Below are positions 23,244 through 28,475 of a stretch of 28,475 nucleotides of DNA, piece by piece (position 1 is the first letter of the stretch; the number at the start of each line of letters is the position of its first letter). The stretch comes from an uncultured Thermococci archaeon (GTDB taxonomy: Archaea; CAYQAE01; CAYVLA01). The DNA lies in assembly GCA_964549615.1 (NCBI GenBank), contig CAZJVP010000085.1, positions 1 to 28,475 of the forward strand. Direction: 5' to 3'. The translations under genes and the position numbers were made by a program. The notes beneath the pieces are model-generated. The model had not been told where the DNA came from. It ran no database searches and was given only the letters and a program-made list of their open reading frames with translations.

Positions 23244-24446
23244 CTACTTCCAGAAGGAAGCCGGCATCGTCTGCGGCTTGCCCTCTATCTCAATGGCGAC
23301 TACAGTGTCTATCGGGTCCGGAGATTTGGATGGCAGGCCCCGGACGAAGAGCCTATCCTCATGCTGCTCAAAGCGCAGTTTGCGACCGGTCGCCAGCATT
23401 CGAACGTTGAGCACGCGATTCCCGATCCCGGCAACGACCATCTGGCTCCCGGGCCAGTATGTGACGTGTACGTAGACGGTGCTGTCCTTCGCCGTGACGT
23501 GGCCCAGATGTGCCTGGCCGAATGGCGAGGAGCCAGCGCCGTAGATCGACTCGCTGTTGAGCTTCATCCACCTGCCGATTGCCCTCAGCCTTGCTGCCTG
23601 TATGGGAGGAATCGTGCCGTCAGCCCTGGGCCCTACATTGAGGAGGAAGTTGCCGTTGCCCGCCACGCATCTGACGAGGTTACGGACCAACTGCATGGGC
23701 GTCTTGATGTTTGGGTCGCCCGGGTGGTAGCCCCACCAAAGATCGTCCATGGTCATGCAGGCCTCCCACGGCCGGTTGAAGCTCTGGATGTGTTGCTCGG
23801 GCGTTTCGAGGTCGCCGGGGATGCCGGAGCGGTTGTTGATGATTATGTCGGGCTGTTTGGACCTGACCATCTCGTTGAGCCCCTGGGCATCCCAGGCTTC
23901 AGCCGAGTGAGGCCAGGCCCCATCGTACCAGAGTATGTCGAGCTTTCCGTACTGGGTCACCAGCTCGCGGACTTGGGAATGCACGTAGTTGCGGAACTCA
24001 TTCCAGGCGTCCGGGTCCTTCTCTGGTCCTTCCCAGTACGCGGGCCAGCGCCAGTCCAAGAGAGAGTAGTATAGGCCGATCCGCATCCCGGCCTTTCTGC
24101 ATGCATCCACATACTCTCCCACAAGGTCGCGCTTGGCTGCCGTCTTGACGGATGTGAAGTCCGAGACCTTGCTGTCGAAGAGGGAGAAGCCGTCATGGTG
24201 TCGGCTCGTCAGAACCATGTACTTCATCCCTGCTTCTTGGGCCAGTGCAACCCACTTCTCCGGCTTGTACCGGACCGGCTTGAACTTCTGGGCCAAACGT
24301 GCGTACTCGGCTTTCGGGATGCGTTCTTGGTACATGACCCACTCGCCGCGTGCGGGGATTGCGTACAGGCCCCAGTGGATGAACATGCCGAAACGGGCCT
24401 CCACCCACCACCTCATCCTTTCCGGCACCTCTTGAGGAGCGGCCAT
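23244..24446 (-). CDS. Alpha-L-fucosidase (GH29)
   Basis: 'WW.EARFGMFIHWG.Y', 'AGMKYMVLTSRHHDGF', 'LYYSLLDW', 'LWYDG' (nucleophile Asp), 'IINNR', 'TPEQ', 'LLNVGP..DG'; AGGAGG SD. Confidence 0.95.
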   Translation of the reverse strand: MAAPQEVPERMRWWVEARFGMFIHWGLYAIPARGEWVMYQERIPKAEYARLAQKFKPVRYKPEKWVALAQEAGMKYMVLTSRHHDGFSLFDSKVSDFTSVKTAAKRDLVGEYVDACRKAGMRIGLYYSLLDWRWPAYWEGPEKDPDAWNEFRNYVHSQVRELVTQYGKLDILWYDGAWPHSAEAWDAQGLNEMVRSKQPDIIINNRSGIPGDLETPEQHIQSFNRPWEACMTMDDLWWGYHPGDPNIKTPMQLVRNLVRCVAGNGNFLLNVGPRADGTIPPIQAARLRAIGRWMKLNSESIYGAGSSPFGQAHLGHVTAKDSTVYVHVTYWPGSQMVVAGIGNRVLNVRMLATGRKLRFEQHEDRLFVRGLPSKSPDPIDTVVAIEIEGKPQTMPASFWK

Positions 24447-24501
24447 TCGATTCCTCCTAACTCATGGCTCAAAGCCAGCGATCGAGCGATGAATGCTTCG
24501 A

Positions 24502-24509
24502 CTTAAATT
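24502..24509 (-). promoter_or_regulatory. Possible TATA box of the fucosidase gene
   Basis: Minus strand AATTTAAG about 60 nt upstream of ATG 24446. Confidence 0.35.
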
Positions 24510-24652
24510 GATCTCTGTCGGTTTGGGCCGTGGAGGTCGTCGGGACTCAGACGACGCTGCGTTCGAACATCGGTCTTTGCTGCTTCAACGTGGGCAACCC
24601 TTCCTAGGATCCCGGTCGGGCCTGCCTGGGACGCCCTCGATCCGCGCGTACG

Positions 24653-25510
24653 TCACCCGTCAAGCCTGAACATGGGTTCACGTGTGATAGCTATCTGCCG
24701 AAGTTTGGCAAGCTCCGCATCCGTTATGGGAGAGAATCTGGAGGCAATGTCCATGGCCATCCGAAAAAGCGCCTCCTCTCCGGGCGGTATGGCAGCGGTC
24801 ACGGGCTGCGATAGGGTGAAACGCAGGGCAAGATCGGCTGTTCTCGGATCGGACGTGGGTTTGTACCAGCACTTGGGGAAAGCCTGCCTATCGGCCCCCG
24901 GGGGCCACCTGCTCTCCGCCATGGCTTTGAGCGCAAGACAAGCGGCGCCCTTCTCCAGGGCCCTTCGGATGACCTGGGGCCCGAAGCTCTCGACTTCGAA
25001 CAGCACGAAGTTGATCGGGAAGAGGACTGAGTCGAAGTCGAACCTTCTTAGACAGTCTAGGGCGGCGCTGACCGAGTGTGCCGAAAAGCCGATATGCTTT
25101 ATGAGGCCCTCCCTGCGCGCGTCCAGGAAGGCTTCCATCGCGCCCTCCGGTCCAAAGATCGTCTCAACCTCTTTGGTTGAGTTGATGCCATGGAACTGGT
25201 AAAGGTCGAAGCTGTCCGCGTGTAGCCTTTTCAGAGATGCGCGAAGTTCCCGCGCGGCGTCCTTCTTCTTCCTCTGGGTGGTCTTGCAGGCCAAGAAGAT
25301 CTCGTCGCGGTGCTCTTGGATGGCGGGGCCTAGGAGCTCCTCTGCATTGCCGTAGGTGGGCGCCACGTCAAAGTAGTTGACACCCCGATCCAACGCTTCA
25401 CTGACGATCTCGGCCGCATGGGTCGGCGTGGTGCCTGCGATGGTCATCCCGCCCAGCCCTATGATGGACAGCCTCTCACCAGTACGGCCGTAGTCTCGTC
25501 TCGGAATCAT
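24653..25510 (-). CDS. Aldo/keto reductase
   Basis: Start ATG 25510 (MIPRRDYGRTG..LSIIGLGG); 'GVNYFDVAPTYG', 'FLACKT', 'SLKRL...FDLYQFH', 'IGFSAH'. Confidence 0.92.
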   Translation of the reverse strand: MIPRRDYGRTGERLSIIGLGGMTIAGTTPTHAAEIVSEALDRGVNYFDVAPTYGNAEELLGPAIQEHRDEIFLACKTTQRKKKDAARELRASLKRLHADSFDLYQFHGINSTKEVETIFGPEGAMEAFLDARREGLIKHIGFSAHSVSAALDCLRRFDFDSVLFPINFVLFEVESFGPQVIRRALEKGAACLALKAMAESRWPPGADRQAFPKCWYKPTSDPRTADLALRFTLSQPVTAAIPPGEEALFRMAMDIASRFSPITDAELAKLRQIAITREPMFRLDG

Positions 25511-25811
25511 GAACCTGCCCCTTGATCGTGAGTCCAAACCACAGGTTGAAGCTCGCAGGCGAGGGTCCGAAAAGTCTTTCTGCATAAACGATTTCCGCCT
25601 CGCTTCAAGGCCATTGCAGGAGCCCCAAGAACCGCCTGCACTTTAAAGGGTTGGGCTCTCGGAGCCAAGCGATTCGCGTCTCAACGCCGGCCGAATCGGA
25701 GGCAAGCATCGGCGACGACCATCGCCGCAGGCTCGCGCGATGGGAGGAAAGAGCTATCAGAACGATCAGGAAAGACCGCGATCCTCGGAGCTATGAGGCG
25801 GGCGAGGACAC

Positions 25812-26879
25812 ATGGCAGGTCTGGATGGGACCTATCCAAACAGAGATATCAGGGACAATCACCTCAAGGCTCTCGAGTTCCGGTATCCGGAGTGGATCCC
25901 TTGCTCCGTCGGTTTCTCTCCGGCCACCTGGAAGCACTATCGTAGCAAGCTTGAGGACCTGGTCGCGGCCCACCCCCTCATCTTCGGTGCCTACGAGAGG
26001 GGCAGGACGGATTTCGACAGCTTCGGAGGCCCCTACGCCGAGGGCTACTACACCGACAACTGGGGATGCGTTTGGAGGAACGTCCAGCCCGGCTTGGAGG
26101 GACAGGTCGTGGGGCACCCTCTGGAGGACTGGACGAATCTGGACACCTATAGGTTCCCAGATCCCCTAGTCAAGTCGGAGCGTGGGGAATGGGACTGGAA
26201 AGCGATCAAGCAGAGGGCCGACGACAGAAGGGCAAAGGGCCTGCTGGTGGTCGGAAGCGGGGAGCGCCTTTTCGACCGGCTCTACATGCTCCGGGGATTC
26301 AAGAACCTGATGAGGGACATCGTCACGGGTTCGCCCCAGCTTGTGAGGCTCATCAAGATGCTTGAGGAGCACGAGCTTCGGCTCATCGGGAAGTGGCTGG
26401 AGATCGGCGTGGACATGATAGGCTTCCACACGGACATAGGGATGCAGACGGGCCTAATGATAAGTCCGGCCCAGTTCAGGCGCTATATCAAGCCAATGTT
26501 CAAGACCTTGTTCACGACGTGCAGGAAGGCGGGCGTGCACGTGCACCTGAGCTCGGACGGCTGCCTGCTGGACATCGTGGATGACCTCGTCGAGTGCGGC
26601 GTCTCAGTGCACGATCCTCAGTTTCGGGCAAACACCCTCGACGGGATCGAGAAGGCCTACAAGGGCAAGATGTGCATAGACCTTGATCTGGACCGGCAGA
26701 TGTTTGCGTTCTGCACGCCCTCGGACATATGGAAGCAGATACGCGAGTCCGTCGAGAGGTTGAGCATGCCGGAAGGGGGCCTGATGATGAAGGCTGAGAT
26801 AAGCGGAACGAACGTGCCCTTGGCCAACATGGAAGCCATATGCCGGGCCATGGAGCGCCATTGCCTCGGCAGAAGGTAG
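25812..26879 (+). CDS. Uroporphyrinogen decarboxylase / MtaA-MtbA methylcobalamin methyltransferase superfamily protein
   Basis: 'TDNWGCVW', 'HPLEDW', 'LRGFKNLMRD', 'DIGMQTGLMISP..FRRYIKP', 'HLSSDG', 'DLVECGV', 'TPSDI...GG', 'NVPLAN'; GAGGA SD. Confidence 0.85.
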   Translation: MAGLDGTYPNRDIRDNHLKALEFRYPEWIPCSVGFSPATWKHYRSKLEDLVAAHPLIFGAYERGRTDFDSFGGPYAEGYYTDNWGCVWRNVQPGLEGQVVGHPLEDWTNLDTYRFPDPLVKSERGEWDWKAIKQRADDRRAKGLLVVGSGERLFDRLYMLRGFKNLMRDIVTGSPQLVRLIKMLEEHELRLIGKWLEIGVDMIGFHTDIGMQTGLMISPAQFRRYIKPMFKTLFTTCRKAGVHVHLSSDGCLLDIVDDLVECGVSVHDPQFRANTLDGIEKAYKGKMCIDLDLDRQMFAFCTPSDIWKQIRESVERLSMPEGGLMMKAEISGTNVPLANMEAICRAMERHCLGRR

Positions 26880-26997
26880 CCGGCGAGACCCAGGTAGCGG
26901 CCGCATCGGAGCCACAACTGGAACCGTAGGGAACGAGGACCAGGGAATTCTACGCTAGTCGAAAGATGGAAAAGCACCCCTTGACATCGAAGGGACC

Positions 26998-28305
26998 GTG
27001 ATCGATGCCAAGATCACGCTCATCGGGGCAGGCTCGGCCTCCTTCGGGCTCGGCACGCTGTGCGATATCTTCCGCGACGGCAGGTTCGCTGGGTCGAGGC
27101 TATCGTTGTGTGATAGGGATCCGGATGCGGCTAGGAAGATGGCAGCCATTGCACGAAGGATGCACGAAGCCTCGGGGCTCAATGTGGACGTGACGCACAC
27201 CGATGATCAGCGGGAGGCGCTGCGGGATGCCGACTACGTCATCGTGTCCATCGAGGTGGAGCGGTACAGACGATGGAGGATGGACTGGGAGATACCTCTC
27301 AAACACGGCGTCCGGCAGGTTCTAGGCGAGAATGGTGGACCGGGCGGCCTGTTCCATGCCATGAGAAATATGCCCCCGATTCTATCGATCTGCGCGGACG
27401 TGCGTGACCTCTGCCCCAAGGCGCTTGTTCTGAACTTCACCAATCCCGTCAGCAAGGTAACCCTAGCGGCAAGCCAGCATGGCCGGGTGAGTGTCATCGG
27501 CCTCTGCCACGGACTCGGAGGGCTGCTTGGGGTCACGGAGAGGATGCTGAAGGCGAAGCTGTGGGCGGTCGCAGGTGGATTGAACCACTTCACCTGGATC
27601 CAGAGGCTGCTCTACTCGCCTTCGTCGGCAGACGCCTATCCGGCCTTTAGGTCGAGGTTGGCGGAGTTGGACCCATCCGTTCAACCGCTTTCCAGGGAGA
27701 TGCTCCGAGTCTTCGGGTTGTATCCGTCGTGTGACGACAGCCATATCGCAGAGTACCTGCCCACCCCGTGGGTCGAGAAATCCCATCCCTGGGAGCGAGA
27801 GAGGGACTCGTTCTGGAGACCCAACTTCGAGGCCGCAGATCGGAACAAGGAATCTGCTGCAAGGAGGATCGCGGAGCTTGCCACGGGCAGAAAGCCGGTC
27901 GCCGAGGTGCTTCAGCAGGGATCCGGGGAGAGAGCCGTCCCAATCGTGGCAGCGATCGAGGAGGGCATTCTTCAGAAGGAACTGGCCATCAACGTGCCGA
28001 ATGAGGGACTGATCTCTAACCTCCCCCGCGCGGGCGTCGTCGAGGTCCCTGCGGTCGTAAAGGGCGGGCGGATCCGCCCATGCAGGTTCGGGCGGCTTCC
28101 GGCCGCGATAGCCTGTCTTTGTGCGCGTGAGATCTACATCCAAGAGCTCACCGTTGAGGCTGGTGTCAGCGGCGACGAGCAGAAGGCGATCCAGGCGATC
28201 GCGGTCTCGCCCATGGTTGGTGACTACGATCTGGCTGAGGCGATCTTCGCCGATATGCTGTCGGCCCACCGGGATCTTTTGCCTCAATTCGCACACGCTT
28301 CTTGA
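26998..28305 (+). CDS. Family 4 glycoside hydrolase (NAD+/Mn2+-dependent; alpha-galactosidase/glucosidase-like)
   Basis: 'KITLIGAGS', 'AL.DADYV', 'GENGGPGG', 'NFTNP', 'GLCHG', 'GLNHF.W', 'NVPN.G.I.NLP...VVEVP'; GTG start. Confidence 0.93.
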   Translation: MIDAKITLIGAGSASFGLGTLCDIFRDGRFAGSRLSLCDRDPDAARKMAAIARRMHEASGLNVDVTHTDDQREALRDADYVIVSIEVERYRRWRMDWEIPLKHGVRQVLGENGGPGGLFHAMRNMPPILSICADVRDLCPKALVLNFTNPVSKVTLAASQHGRVSVIGLCHGLGGLLGVTERMLKAKLWAVAGGLNHFTWIQRLLYSPSSADAYPAFRSRLAELDPSVQPLSREMLRVFGLYPSCDDSHIAEYLPTPWVEKSHPWERERDSFWRPNFEAADRNKESAARRIAELATGRKPVAEVLQQGSGERAVPIVAAIEEGILQKELAINVPNEGLISNLPRAGVVEVPAVVKGGRIRPCRFGRLPAAIACLCAREIYIQELTVEAGVSGDEQKAIQAIAVSPMVGDYDLAEAIFADMLSAHRDLLPQFAHAS

Positions 28306-28419
28306 CTCGCACCGGCTTGCGGTCCGCGGGTCGTGGGTGGACCGATCCAGCCAGCCGCACGGCTACCGGGTCGGAGGCCGGGTATGAGCTTTTTATCGCA
28401 AGCACGCATCTCAAGGACG

Positions 28420-28475
28420 ATGAAGTTCGGGGCTTCGCTGGCACTGATCCTGCTGCTCTGCATGCCCGCGTGGGG
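28420..28475 (+). CDS. Partial ORF running off the window end; signal-peptide-like N-terminus
   Basis: ATG 28420 gives MKFGASLALILLLCMPAW; TTTTTAT TATA-like element at 28390-28396, 30 nt upstream. Confidence 0.55.
   Translation, partial: MKFGASLALILLLCMPAW

Noticed and set aside
23244-24446. Possible frameshift-dependent fucosidase, as in Saccharolobus solfataricus fucA
   Set aside because: The gene is one uninterrupted 400-aa ORF containing all GH29 motifs; no recoding is needed.
25511-25811. Riboswitch/ncRNA in the 300-nt AKR-URO-D intergenic region (small hairpin cggcga-N6-tcgccg at 25710-25727)
   Set aside because: Only a 6-bp GC stem, expected by chance; no recognisable riboswitch consensus.
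26981-26986. TTGACA bacterial -35 element upstream of the GH4 gene
   Set aside because: It lies only 11 nt before the start codon with no room for a -10 box; a chance match.
28306-28389. GC-rich hairpin after the GH4 gene as terminator or tRNA-like element
   Set aside because: No cloverleaf or T-loop consensus, and the nearby T-run is better explained as the TATA box of the next gene.

Overview
GC-rich prokaryotic window, most likely archaeal. This is inferred from TATA-box-like TTTA(A/T)A elements about 30-40 nt upstream of several starts, frequent TTG/GTG starts, a GGAGGTGA Shine-Dalgarno and a TM-anchored ABC binding protein. The left part (659-11249, minus strand) is a compact 13-ORF operon encoding a headless contractile phage-tail machine, i.e. 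an eCIS/R-tailocin-like contractile injection system. Gene order: sheath, tube, tail-assembly chaperone pair joined by an A9 / A-AAA-AAC -1 slippery site (lambda G/GT-like), Pro/Ala/Arg-rich tape-measure-position protein, tube initiator, gp27/GpD hub, gp5/GpV spike, gp25, baseplate J/gp6, gpI/gp7-like wedge, short fibre-like protein and a terminator/cap-like protein. No capsid, portal, terminase, integrase, lysis, AAA+ ATPase, PAAR or recognisable toxin gene is present, and both flanks are ordinary cellular genes. The right part holds a split branched-chain amino-acid ABC transporter with an MBL-fold gene in the middle, an MFS transporter, a beta-propeller glycosidase-like protein, an ABC-2 exporter, a membrane-anchored GATase1-like protein, a GH29 alpha-L-fucosidase, an aldo/keto reductase, a URO-D/MtaA-family protein and a GH4 glycosidase. 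All family calls come from motifs and synteny read by eye; no database search was run.
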